Notes: generated by a model from the letters alone, not told the origin. Counted from the stretch's first letter, positions 1 to 8,062 are shown. The stretch: 24,000 nt of DNA from an uncultured Holophagales bacterium (GCA_964453825.1 CAYVPO010000008.1:5039-29038), one strand, 5' to 3'. Numbers and translations: made by a program.

Positions 1-1
1 C

Positions 2-2179
2 GTCATCTCCGAGGGTGGCACGTCGTCCGACACGGCGGTCATGGGCGCCTACGACAACACGGGCCTCGCCTACGACTACTACAAGAACGTCCACGGACGC
101 AGCTCGTACGACGGCTCCGACTCGGTGATCGTCTCCTCGGTTCACGGGCAGTTCTCGACCGGCTCCAGCTGCACGAAGAACAACGCGGCCTGGATCGACT
201 CGCCCTACAACCAGATGGTCTTCGGCGACGGCGACGGGAGCACGTTCTCGAATCTCGCCCGGGGCATCGACGTCACGACGCACGAGTTCTCGCACGCCGT
301 CTGCTCGAGGACCGCGGACCTCGCCTACCAGAACGACTCGGGCGCCCTGAACGAGGCGAACTCCGACATCCTGGGCCGCGCCGCGGCTTTCTACGGCGGC
401 AATGGCAGCGCTTCGACGCGGACCGACTGGGCGGTCGGCGCCGACGTCTACACCCCGAGCACCTCCGGCGACGCCCTGCGCTACATGTACGACCCGGCGA
501 AGGACGGCGACTCGGCGGACTATTACCCGACCCGGAACTACGCCTCGGGCTGCTCGCCGTCCAGCAGCAACGACTACTGCGGCGTCCACACGAACAGCGG
601 GATCGGGAACCTCTTCTTCTACCTCCTGTCGCAGGGCGGGACCCACCCGCGCAACAAGACGACCGTCTCCGTCTCAGGGCTCGGTCTCTCGAAGGCCGAA
701 AAGATCTGGTACCGCGCCCTCTCCGCCTACATGACGACCTCCACGACGTTCCAGGGCGCCCGCACGGCGACCGCCAACGCGGCCTCCGACCTCTACGGCG
801 GGACCTGCACGGCGGAGTGGCAGTCGGTCCACAAGGCGTGGGACGCGGTCGGCGTCCCGGGCACCTGGTCCTGCGGGACGACGTACTCGATCGCCGGCAA
901 CGCCGGGACGAACGGCGCCACCGTCTCCGCCGGGGGCGTCTCCACGACCTCCGACGCGAGCGGCAACTACACCCTCGCCGGCCTCGCGGCGGGCACCTAC
1001 TCCGTAACCGCGTCGAAGTCGGGCTGCACGTTCTCGCCCACGTCGATCTCGGTCACGGTCGGCCCGAGCGCGACCGGGAAGACCTTCACGGCCACCTGCT
1101 CGACGGGCGACACGGCGCTGACGAGCGGCGTCACGCTCACGGGCCAGAGCGTCGCCAAGAGCGCGTGGAAGTACTACTACATCGACGTCCCGTCCGGGGC
1201 GACGAGCCTGACGTTCGCGACGACGAGCGCGACGGCCGACATCGACATCTATACGCGCTTCAACGCGAAGCCGACGTCGTCGTCCTATACGTGCCGTCCC
1301 TACACCTCCTCCGGGAACGAGACCTGCACGGCGACGAACCCGAGCGCCGGCCGCTGGTGGCTCGGCGTCTACGGCTACGCGGCCGCGAGCTTCTCGGTGA
1401 CCGCGACCGTCCAGACGGCAGCGGCGACCTACTCGATCGCCGGGAATGCCGGAACGAGCGGGGCGACGGTGAGCGCGGGCTCGAAGTCGGCTGCGTCCGA
1501 CGCGAGCGGCGCCTACACGATCACGGGGCTGACCGCCGGCACCTACTCGGTCTCGGCGACGAAGTCCGGGTGCACGTTCTCTCCGGCCTCCCTCTCCGTC
1601 ACGGTCGGTCCGAACGCCACCGGGAAGAATTTCTCGGCGAGCTGCGGCTCCGGCGGGCAGGTGGAGCGCCTCGCGAACGGGAGCTTCGAATCGCTGACGA
1701 CCTCGACGAACAGCGCGCCGGACGGCTCCTGGTCGCGGACGGCCTACAGCGGGACGAGCTTCAACACGCTGATCGCGAACGGCAGCGCGCCTCACGGCGG
1801 CTCGGACTACGCCTACGTCGGCGTCTACGCGTCCTCCTCGCAGTCGGTCACGAGCGCGAACGTCGTCCTCCCGTCCGCGGCGACGAGCGCGACGCTCACC
1901 TTCTACGTCTCCATCGTCACGAGCGAGACGACGACCTCGACGGCCTACGACAAGCTGAACGTCCAGCTCGTCAACGCCTCCACCGGGTCCGTTCTGGCGA
2001 CGCTCGGCACACTCTCGAACCTGAACAAGACCGCGAGCTCCTCGACGTACGCGCTGAAGAGCTACTCGGTGACGTCGTACAAGGGGCAGACCGTCAAGGT
2101 CCGCTTCGCGGCGACGAACGACTCCTCGCTCACGACGACGTTCCGGATCGACGACGTCAGCCTGAAGTCGGACGGCTGA
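2..2179 (+). CDS. Secreted thermolysin-like (peptidase M4) zinc metalloprotease, 5'-truncated by the window edge. The C-terminal extension is domain repeat, PPC-like domain, domain repeat, jelly-roll-like domain.
   Basis: The frame is open from nt 2, so the ATG at 41 is internal. It aligns by eye along its length with thermolysin: YDYYKNVHGRSSYDG, MVFGDGDG, the HEFSH zinc motif (281-295), the NEANSD third zinc ligand Glu (353-355), GDALRYMYDPAKDGD, GVHTNSGI and FYRAL-type WYRALSAY. TGA stop at 2177-2179. Confidence 0.93.
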   Translation, partial: VISEGGTSSDTAVMGAYDNTGLAYDYYKNVHGRSSYDGSDSVIVSSVHGQFSTGSSCTKNNAAWIDSPYNQMVFGDGDGSTFSNLARGIDVTTHEFSHAVCSRTADLAYQNDSGALNEANSDILGRAAAFYGGNGSASTRTDWAVGADVYTPSTSGDALRYMYDPAKDGDSADYYPTRNYASGCSPSSSNDYCGVHTNSGIGNLFFYLLSQGGTHPRNKTTVSVSGLGLSKAEKIWYRALSAYMTTSTTFQGARTATANAASDLYGGTCTAEWQSVHKAWDAVGVPGTWSCGTTYSIAGNAGTNGATVSAGGVSTTSDASGNYTLAGLAAGTYSVTASKSGCTFSPTSISVTVGPSATGKTFTATCSTGDTALTSGVTLTGQSVAKSAWKYYYIDVPSGATSLTFATTSATADIDIYTRFNAKPTSSSYTCRPYTSSGNETCTATNPSAGRWWLGVYGYAAASFSVTATVQTAAATYSIAGNAGTSGATVSAGSKSAASDASGAYTITGLTAGTYSVSATKSGCTFSPASLSVTVGPNATGKNFSASCGSGGQVERLANGSFESLTTSTNSAPDGSWSRTAYSGTSFNTLIANGSAPHGGSDYAYVGVYASSSQSVTSANVVLPSAATSATLTFYVSIVTSETTTSTAYDKLNVQLVNASTGSVLATLGTLSNLNKTASSSTYALKSYSVTSYKGQTVKVRFAATNDSSLTTTFRIDDVSLKSDG
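884..1099 (+). repeat. Intragenic domain repeat copy 1 (72 codons, Ig-like/CarboxypepD_reg-like beta-sandwich)
   Basis: YSIAGNAGTNGATVSAGG...SKSGCTFSPTSISVTVGPSATGKTFTATC. By hand alignment, 55 of 72 residues are identical to copy 2. Confidence 0.8.
1430..1645 (+). repeat. Intragenic domain repeat copy 2 (72 codons)
   Basis: YSIAGNAGTSGATVSAGS...TKSGCTFSPASLSVTVGPNATGKNFSASC. The two copies flank a PPC-like segment (about 1100-1420, ...WKYYYIDVPSGATSLTF...DIDIYTRF...GRWWLGVYGYAAASFSVTA). Confidence 0.8.
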
Positions 2180-2213
2180 GGCCGGCTGGAGGAGGGGCCC
2201 GATCGGGCTTCGG

Positions 2214-2243
2214 GGGGGAGGGGAGCGATCCTCTCCCCCTTTT
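2214..2243 (+). terminator. Rho-independent terminator downstream of the protease gene
   Basis: GGGGGAGGG (2214-2222) pairs with CTCTCCCCC (2231-2239): 9 bp including one G-U, with an 8-nt loop, followed by TTTT (2240-2243). It lies between the convergent stops at 2179 and 2247. Confidence 0.6.
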
Positions 2244-2246
2244 CAT

Positions 2247-3410
2247 TCAGAGGGAGCGCGTCTTCGTCATCATCGAGAAGAGCCGGGCGCCCTTCGGCAC
2301 CGACGAGAAGGCGTGGAAGAGGAGCGCCACTCCGTCCTCGGGGGCGCGGACCTCGACGACGGCGTCGGAGGCGCGCGGCGGCAGGCTTCGGCACCTCGAC
2401 GGGTCCGCGATCCGGGCCACGACGTCTCCCGCCTTCACGCGCGTACCGGGGCGGACGGCGAGGTCGACGAGGCCGCCGACGGGGGCGTGGAGCGACCGGT
2501 AGTCGGAAGCCGAACAGGCCGTGATCGGGCCGAGGGGGGCGTCGGGCTCGCCCTCGAGGACTCCGTAGTAGCGAAGCGCCGAAGCGATCCGTCGGGCGTC
2601 CTCCCGCCCGGCTTCCAGCGAGAAGTCGTTCATCGAGCCGAGCTCGACGGTGAACCCGTCCACGAGCCGCGGGACGTCGGCGCGGCCGAGCCGCCGGAAG
2701 GCGTCGGAGAGGTCCTGCCACGGGACGAAGGAAGCCTCGTCGAGGGCGCCGCCGAAGCGTGCGGGCACCTCGAGGACGAACGGCAGCCCGAAGGCTCGAG
2801 CCGCGGCGACGGCGCCCTCCGGGGAGTAGAGGTATCGCGGTGCGCGGTCGCCGGTGTGGAGGTCGAGCACGAGGTCGGCGTCGACCGCCATCTTCTGGAT
2901 CGCGAGCGCGAAGTCGAGCCTGGAGTCGGCGCCCCACGGGGTCGCCTCCTCCTCGATCGCAGCGAGGGCCGCCCCGAGCGCCTCTCGGAAACCCGTCCGG
3001 ATCTCGCCGATCGGGGAGGAGAGGTGGGCTGCCGCGAAGGAGTCGACGTCGACGTAGCAGGCAGCGGACGCGGAGCGGGACGGGCCGGTGAGGTAGAGGT
3101 AGCCCCGGTTGAAGTTCACGCCGGTGAGGAGGTCGTAGACCCCGGCGACGTAGTCCCCGACCTGCTGGTTCGCGGAGATCGGGTTGACCCGCGGGACGAG
3201 GACGATCGTTCCGCGCAGAGGCGCCGACTCGAGGAGGTCGAACAGGCCGAGGATGGCCGCGTTGCCCTGCAACTCGCCGCCGTGGACGTTTGCCTGCACG
3301 TAGGCGGCGGGCCTCTCCTGCCGTCCGCGGGCGATGAACACGGGCGCGGTCAGCTCGTGCCCGGTCGCGGTGGTGCGGACGACGACGTCCCGGCGCTCCC
3401 AATTCGCCAT
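2247..3410 (-). CDS. Succinylglutamate desuccinylase/aspartoacylase (AstE/AspA, M14-like) family zinc hydrolase
   Basis: Family zinc-ligand motifs NVHGGELQG and LDLHTGD. The C-terminal barrel-like segment GGLVDLAVRPGTRVKAGDVVARIADP is common in this family. Start placed at ATG 3410 (MANWERR), 6 nt after GGAGGAG. The ORF-track start at 3446 lacks an SD. Confidence 0.8.
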   Translation of the reverse strand: MANWERRDVVVRTTATGHELTAPVFIARGRQERPAAYVQANVHGGELQGNAAILGLFDLLESAPLRGTIVLVPRVNPISANQQVGDYVAGVYDLLTGVNFNRGYLYLTGPSRSASAACYVDVDSFAAAHLSSPIGEIRTGFREALGAALAAIEEEATPWGADSRLDFALAIQKMAVDADLVLDLHTGDRAPRYLYSPEGAVAAARAFGLPFVLEVPARFGGALDEASFVPWQDLSDAFRRLGRADVPRLVDGFTVELGSMNDFSLEAGREDARRIASALRYYGVLEGEPDAPLGPITACSASDYRSLHAPVGGLVDLAVRPGTRVKAGDVVARIADPSRCRSLPPRASDAVVEVRAPEDGVALLFHAFSSVPKGARLFSMMTKTRSL

Positions 3411-3492
3411 GTTCTCTCCTCCGTCGAGGAGTCTAGCGAACCGCAAACGGGTTACCCCATATGATTTGCGTCATGTTGCGACGTAATCTCGA

Positions 3493-3522
3493 TTGACAGG
3501 GTCGCCACTGTCGGCCTATCTT
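3493..3522 (+). promoter_or_regulatory. Possible sigma70-type promoter for the ApbE operon
   Basis: Perfect TTGACA at 3493-3498. With a 17-18 nt spacer the -10 is CTATCT/TATCTT (3516-3522). It sits in the only low-GC stretch of this intergenic region. If real, the TTG at 3493 is the -35 element and not a start codon. Confidence 0.3.
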
Positions 3523-4611
3523 TGCTTCGTCTTGAGATCGACTCTCAAAATCGATGCCGGAAGGGTTCTGTCCCTCGCTCTGGTCCTCCTCGCGACCCGG
3601 ACGGCCGGTGCAGGAGCGGTGGACGGGGCGACGACGGGCGAAGCAGTCCGCGCCCGGTGGCTGATGGGCACTGTCCTCGAGCTTCGGCTCCCGGCAGGGA
3701 CGCCCGACGTCGACGAATCCTACGAAGCAGCGTTCCGGGCTGTCGCCGAGGTCGAGGAGGCCGCGTCGCTCTGGAAGGGCGGGACCGAGCTCGAGCGTGT
3801 TCACGCTCGAGCCTCCAGAGGACAGACGACGGTCGTTTCCGACACGCTCGGCGCGCTCGTCGCGGAGGCGCTGAGCCTCTCCGACCTGTCGGAAGGGGCC
3901 TTCTCGCCGGCCGTCGGGGCGCTGGTCGCCACGTGGGACCTGCGAGGAAACGGAAGATGGCCTTCGCCGGAAGAGCGGCGAGCAGCCGCTGCGCGCAGCG
4001 GCGCAGGCGGTGTTCGATTCGACCCCGCGACGCGCGAGCTCGGTCTCGACCCGGGCGTCACGCTCGACCTCGACGGCATCGCCAAAGGATTCGCCCTCGA
4101 CCGCGCGGCGGCGGTGCTCCGGGCCCGGGGCATCGACGACGCGCTCCTGAACTTCGGCGGGCAGATTCTCGTGATCGGCCCCCCAGCCGGCCGTCCGCCC
4201 TGCGAGGCGTTCGTCGCCTCGCCATTCGACGACTCGTCTCCGGTCCTCTCCGTCCGGCTCCGGGATGCATCGCTCTCCACCTCGTCGAGCTCCGAACGCG
4301 CGCGGACCGTCGACGGGCGGGAGGCCGGGCACCTCCTGGATCCGCGGACGGGAGAGCTCGTTCTCCCGACCGGATCCGTGACCGTCCTCGCCTCGTCGGG
4401 CGCGCTCGCAGACGTTCTCTCGACGGCGTGGGCCGTCGAGGGACCGAACGGCTTCGGGCGTGCCGACCCCGATGCCCGGTTTCGACGCTCGGGCCGGGTC
4501 GCGTTCGTCCTCCCGGCCGCGGACGGCGGGCTCGAAACCGTTGCCGAAGCCCCTTTCGTCCCGCTCCGGTCGCCACGGCGCGGCCCCGAGGCCGCCGCGA
4601 CCGAACCTTGA
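3493..4611 (+). CDS. apbE: ApbE-family FAD:protein FMN transferase, exported
   Basis: Conserved ApbE blocks: WLMGTVLEL (the MGT block opening the domain), LDLDGIAKGFALDRAA, LLNFGGQILV and SLSTSSSSER..GHLLDPRTG. N-terminal hydrophobic signal ...VLSLALVLLATRTAGAGA. The start is uncertain: TTG 3493 (track) or in-frame TTG 3532. Confidence 0.85.
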   Translation: MTGSPLSAYLCFVLRSTLKIDAGRVLSLALVLLATRTAGAGAVDGATTGEAVRARWLMGTVLELRLPAGTPDVDESYEAAFRAVAEVEEAASLWKGGTELERVHARASRGQTTVVSDTLGALVAEALSLSDLSEGAFSPAVGALVATWDLRGNGRWPSPEERRAAAARSGAGGVRFDPATRELGLDPGVTLDLDGIAKGFALDRAAAVLRARGIDDALLNFGGQILVIGPPAGRPPCEAFVASPFDDSSPVLSVRLRDASLSTSSSSERARTVDGREAGHLLDPRTGELVLPTGSVTVLASSGALADVLSTAWAVEGPNGFGRADPDARFRRSGRVAFVLPAADGGLETVAEAPFVPLRSPRRGPEAAATEP

Positions 4612-4631
4612 ATCCACTCGAAGGAGAATCG

Positions 4632-5966
4632 ATGAACCCCACCTCGAGGGCGCTCCTCGCGCTCCCGATCTGCGCCCTGACCCTCTTCGCGGGCTCCGCC
4701 CGCTCCGACGAGCCCGCCCCGGCTCCTCCGCCGGCTGGATCCGAGGAGACGCCCTCCAACGAGGAGCTCGCCCGCCGCATCGAGGTCCTCGCGCGCGAGC
4801 TCGAAGCGCGCCGCCTCGGCGACGCGTCCGACCCCGCTCCGCCGGCGGCGGCGACCGGCAAGTGGGGCCTCGGTCCCGCCGCGTCGAAGGTCTACGCGAA
4901 GAGCTCCGGCCTCTCGATCGGCGGCTACGGCGAGTCGCTCTACCAGAACTTCGACGCGACGCGCGAGGACGGCGCCCGGTCCGGGAAGACGAACGAGTGG
5001 GACTACCTCCGCGCCGTCGTCTACCTCGGCTGGAAGTTCGACAGGACTTTCGTACTGAACAGCGAGATCGAGTACGAGCACGCCTCGACGGGGAAGGGGG
5101 GAGAGGTCTCGGTCGAGTTCCTGACGCTCGACGCGATGCTGCGCGACGAGCTCAACCTTCGGGCCGGCCTGCTCCTCGCTCCGGTCGGCCTCGTGAACGA
5201 GATGCACGAGCCGACGACCTACCTCGGCGCCCGCCGCCCCGACACCGAGAGCCGGATCCTTCCCTCCACCTGGAGGGCGAACGGAGTCGGCGTCTTCGGC
5301 GAAGCCGGGCCGGTCGCCTACAAGCTCTACCTGACCGAGAGCCTCTCGGCGTCGTCGTTCAACGCCGCGAACGGCATCCGCGGGGGGCGGCAGAACGGCG
5401 CGAAGGCGACGGCCGACAACCTCGCGGTCACGGGGCGGGTCGATCTCGTCTCCGTCCCGGGGCTCCTCGCGGGCGTCTCGTTCTTCTCGGGCGAGTCGGG
5501 GAAGGACCTCGTCGCGGACGGGGAGTCGTTCGGCGCCCGGACGACGACCTTCGACGTCCACGCCGACTGGAGGTTCCGCGGCCTCTGGCTGAGAGGGGTC
5601 TTCGCGCGCGTCTCGGTCGACGACGCCGCGCTCCTGAACAGGTCGCTCGGCCTCACGGGCTCGAGGTCGATCGGCGAACGGCAGGAGGGGTACTACCTCT
5701 CCGCGGGCTACGAGGTCCTGTCTCGCCTCGCGCCCGGCACGCAGATGGCGCTGACGCCGTTCGTGAGGTGGGAGAAGACCGACACGCAGAGAGGGGTTCC
5801 CGCGGGCTGGACGCGGGACGGCGCGAACGAGAAGACGGCGTGGACCGTGGGCCTCGACTTCAAGCCGATTCCCCAGCTCGCTCTGAAGCTGGACTGGCAG
5901 GACTACGAAGACGCCGCGGGGACGGGGGTCCCGCAGTGGAATGTCGCACTCGCCTACCTCTTCTGA
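4632..5966 (+). CDS. Outer-membrane beta-barrel (porin-like) protein with an N-terminal coiled-coil segment
   Basis: ATG 4632 lies 5 nt after AAGGAG. Signal peptide MNPTSRALLALPICALTLFAGSARS. Predicted helix NEELARRIEVLARELEARRL. Alternating amphipathic strands run throughout. The C-terminal ...WNVALAYLF is a typical OMP terminal aromatic. The upstream part of the 814-aa track ORF is an Arg-rich shadow. Confidence 0.75.
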   Translation: MNPTSRALLALPICALTLFAGSARSDEPAPAPPPAGSEETPSNEELARRIEVLARELEARRLGDASDPAPPAAATGKWGLGPAASKVYAKSSGLSIGGYGESLYQNFDATREDGARSGKTNEWDYLRAVVYLGWKFDRTFVLNSEIEYEHASTGKGGEVSVEFLTLDAMLRDELNLRAGLLLAPVGLVNEMHEPTTYLGARRPDTESRILPSTWRANGVGVFGEAGPVAYKLYLTESLSASSFNAANGIRGGRQNGAKATADNLAVTGRVDLVSVPGLLAGVSFFSGESGKDLVADGESFGARTTTFDVHADWRFRGLWLRGVFARVSVDDAALLNRSLGLTGSRSIGERQEGYYLSAGYEVLSRLAPGTQMALTPFVRWEKTDTQRGVPAGWTRDGANEKTAWTVGLDFKPIPQLALKLDWQDYEDAAGTGVPQWNVALAYLF

Positions 5967-6543
5967 TTCCGTGACGCGCCGGGAGCTCGGCCGGATCCGC
6001 CCGGCCGCCGTCGTCCTCGCGCTCGCCGCGCTCCTTTCGGGCGCGGCGGGCGCCGCCGTCTTCGAGACGCAGGAGCAGGCCCTCGCCCGTGTCTTCCCGC
6101 CGCCGGCGCGCGTCGTCCGCTCCACCGCGTATCTCACTCCCGCCCAGGCGGAGGCGGCGCGAAAGGCGGCTCAGGCGCCGGTCGAGTCCGCGATCGTCAC
6201 GCGCTACGCCGCGTTCTCGCCGGAGGGGGCGCACCTCGGAACGGCCTACTTCGACGACCATGTGGTGAGGACCGCCCGCGAGGTCCTGATGATCGTCGTC
6301 GCGCCTGACGGCAGCCTCCGGAGCGTGGACGTCCTCGCGTTCGGCGAGCCGCAGGACTACCTCCCGCGAGACGGGTGGCTCCGCCGCGTGGAGGGGAAAC
6401 GGCCCGGAGACGGGCTCTTCGTGGGCCGCGCCCTCGCCCACGTCACCGGGGCCACGCTGACGACGCGGGCGATCGCGGCGGCGGCGCGCCGCGTCCTCGC
6501 GCTCGACGCGCAGATCGGACCGCCGGCCGGGCCGGCGAAGTGA
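5941..6543 (+). CDS. Exported FMN-binding (FMN_bind) domain protein, putative ApbE substrate
   Basis: N-terminal TRRELGRIRPAAVVLALAALLSGAAGAA signal. The C-terminal HVTGATLTTRAI matches the [S/T]GA[T/S] flavinylation motif of NqrC/RnfG-type FMN_bind domains. Start is ATG 5941 (26-nt overlap with the barrel gene) or GTG 5971. Confidence 0.75.
   Translation: MSHSPTSSDSVTRRELGRIRPAAVVLALAALLSGAAGAAVFETQEQALARVFPPPARVVRSTAYLTPAQAEAARKAAQAPVESAIVTRYAAFSPEGAHLGTAYFDDHVVRTAREVLMIVVAPDGSLRSVDVLAFGEPQDYLPRDGWLRRVEGKRPGDGLFVGRALAHVTGATLTTRAIAAAARRVLALDAQIGPPAGPAK
6445..6456 (+). other. Predicted FMN attachment motif T-G-A-T (target Thr codon 6454-6456)
   Basis: The codons acc ggg gcc acg read directly from the sequence in the 5941 frame. 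In known substrates ApbE enzymes flavinylate the last Thr/Ser of this motif. Confidence 0.6.
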
Positions 6544-6550
6544 GGAGACG

Positions 6551-7108
6551 ATGAAGTACATGGAGCAGGGCGGCTACCAGAACAACCCGCTCACGCGCCT
6601 CACGCTCTGGGGGACGTTCGTCTTCCTGACGGGCCTGTGGGCCTCGAGCTTCGGGATGTACTTCTCGCGCATGGGGCTCTCCCCGGCGAGCGTCGTCTCC
6701 TACTACCGCGGGTCGGAAGAGACCTTCCAGCCGGCCCGCACGTTCGGGTCGATGGTGGAGTCGTCGCACGGGCACTTCGCGATGATGGCGATGGTCCTCC
6801 TCGTCCTGACGCACCTGTACGTCTTCGTCCCCGGGCCGCGGAGACTGAAGGCCTTCTTCGTGATCGGGACCTTCGGCACGACGTTCCTCTCAGAGGCGAC
6901 GGGCTGGCTCGTCCGTTTCGTCCACCCCGCGTTCGCGGTCGTCAAGCCGGTCGCGTTCCTCGCCGCCCAGGCGTTCCTCGCCCTCATGCTGGGCCTTCTC
7001 GCGGCGTTCCTCCTCCGGGCGGGACGGAGGGGAGGGCTCCGCTCCGTCCCGGACGCCGGCCCGGAAGCGGAGACGCTGCCGAAAAGGGCCGCGGGCGGAG
7101 CCGCCTGA
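6551..7108 (+). CDS. Small integral membrane protein, 4 predicted TM helices with boundary histidines (function unknown)
   Basis: ATG 6551 is preceded by GAGGAG. Hydrophobic segments: LTLWGTFVFLTGLWASSFGMYF, HFAMMAMVLLVLTHLYVF, FFVIGTFGTTFLSEATGWLVRFVH and VAFLAAQAFLALMLGLLAAFLL. His residues cluster at helix ends (SSHGH, LTH, FVH). It starts 7 nt after the FMN_bind gene. Confidence 0.7.
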   Translation: MKYMEQGGYQNNPLTRLTLWGTFVFLTGLWASSFGMYFSRMGLSPASVVSYYRGSEETFQPARTFGSMVESSHGHFAMMAMVLLVLTHLYVFVPGPRRLKAFFVIGTFGTTFLSEATGWLVRFVHPAFAVVKPVAFLAAQAFLALMLGLLAAFLLRAGRRGGLRSVPDAGPEAETLPKRAAGGAA

Positions 7109-7111
7109 GGC

Positions 7112-8023
7112 TCAGGGGACCCGGAACGTCGTCGACGCGCGGCCGCTGCCTCTCCGTCCGTCCGTAGTGGCGACCCGGCCGAGGTCGAGCGTCACCGTCA
7201 CATCCTCGCCGGACCGGAAGTCGCGGGAGGGGGTGAACCGGAGGAGGTGGTCGCCCTCCTGCCACGTCGCCTCCCCCGGGATCTCGCCGGAGAGCGAGCC
7301 GACGGCGAGGACCGCGTCGGCTTCGATCGCGCCCGGGTCGAGCGGCCGGGACATCAGGAAGCTGACCGCGACGCGGCGGGCGGCGACGACCGAGCCGGGC
7401 GCGGGGAAGACGTCGGCCACACCCGGCTCGACGCTCCGGGGACCCGCCGCGGAACCCCAGGGGAGGGCGAGCGCGACGTGGAGGAAGAGGTCCGAGACCG
7501 GCAGGGCGGGCGGCGGCGGGAGATCGACCTCCTCGGCGAGCTCGATTGCGAGGACGACGAGGAGGACGACGGTCACGGCCGCGAGGACGATCCAGCCGAC
7601 GGGCACCTTCTCGAGGACGACGGCGGCCTCGACACGTTCGCCGGCCGCCACGTCGAACTCGCGGGAGTAAGGCTTCTTCAGGGGGACGACGTCGCCGTGC
7701 TCGTCGATCTTCCGGGCCACCCGGAGGACGTAGCGGCCGGGCGGCACGCCGGGGACCGACCACGATGCCGCCATCGAACGCGCGACGGTCGTGTGGGCGC
7801 CCCCCTCGACCTTCCGCAGCTCGGAGAGGACGGGAAACGCGACGGGGAGCCCCGCGTCGCGCTCGGCCGTCTTGCGGTAGACGGATACGGCGACCTCGCC
7901 GGTCTCCGCGCCGTCGGCGGCGCTCCGGGTGAGGCCGACCGAGACACAGCCGTCGAGCGCGAGCGGCGCGATCGCGACGAGCAGCAGCCCGGCGACCGGA
8001 CGGAGAAGCCTGTCGAGGAGCAT
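7112..8023 (-). CDS. Lipoprotein with a beta-sandwich domain, an internal TM segment and a C-terminal Ig-like (SbsA/Big_5-like) domain
   Basis: ATG 8023 gives MLLDRLLRPVAGLLLVAIAPLALDGC, a signal peptide plus a lipobox-like L-D-G-C. Internal hydrophobic stretch VGWIVLAAVTVVLLVVLAIELA followed by PPPPALP. The 111 codons upstream in the track ORF (to 8356) are Arg-rich and were rejected. Confidence 0.6.
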   Translation of the reverse strand: MLLDRLLRPVAGLLLVAIAPLALDGCVSVGLTRSAADGAETGEVAVSVYRKTAERDAGLPVAFPVLSELRKVEGGAHTTVARSMAASWSVPGVPPGRYVLRVARKIDEHGDVVPLKKPYSREFDVAAGERVEAAVVLEKVPVGWIVLAAVTVVLLVVLAIELAEEVDLPPPPALPVSDLFLHVALALPWGSAAGPRSVEPGVADVFPAPGSVVAARRVAVSFLMSRPLDPGAIEADAVLAVGSLSGEIPGEATWQEGDHLLRFTPSRDFRSGEDVTVTLDLGRVATTDGRRGSGRASTTFRVP

Positions 8024-8062
8024 CGGGCGGGATGCTCGTCCCGTGCATGGAGCCGTGTCAAC

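Noticed and set aside
2197-2208. 12-nt palindrome GCCCGATCGGGC as a second terminator hairpin after the protease gene
   Set aside because: As a hairpin it gives only a 4-bp stem with a 4-nt loop and no U-tract. The adjacent 9-bp stem plus TTTT (2214-2243) is the better terminator.
674-2502. Long ORFs overlapping the M4 protease gene (674..1795 minus, 373 aa; 817..2502 plus, 561 aa)
   Set aside because: Their translations are Arg/Gly/Asp/Pro-rich low complexity with no motifs. They lie out of frame or antisense to a gene with unambiguous thermolysin homology. These are typical high-GC shadow ORFs.
2062-6137. Shadow ORFs over the AstE-like, ApbE and barrel genes (2062..3402 -, 2313..3464 +, 3433..4617 -, 3801..6137 -, 4058..4861 -, 4460..5974 +, and the 5' part of 3522..5966 +)
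   Set aside because: The composition is Arg/Pro/Gly-dominated with no signal peptides or domains. The alternative frames carry clear family signatures, SD-preceded starts and signal peptides.
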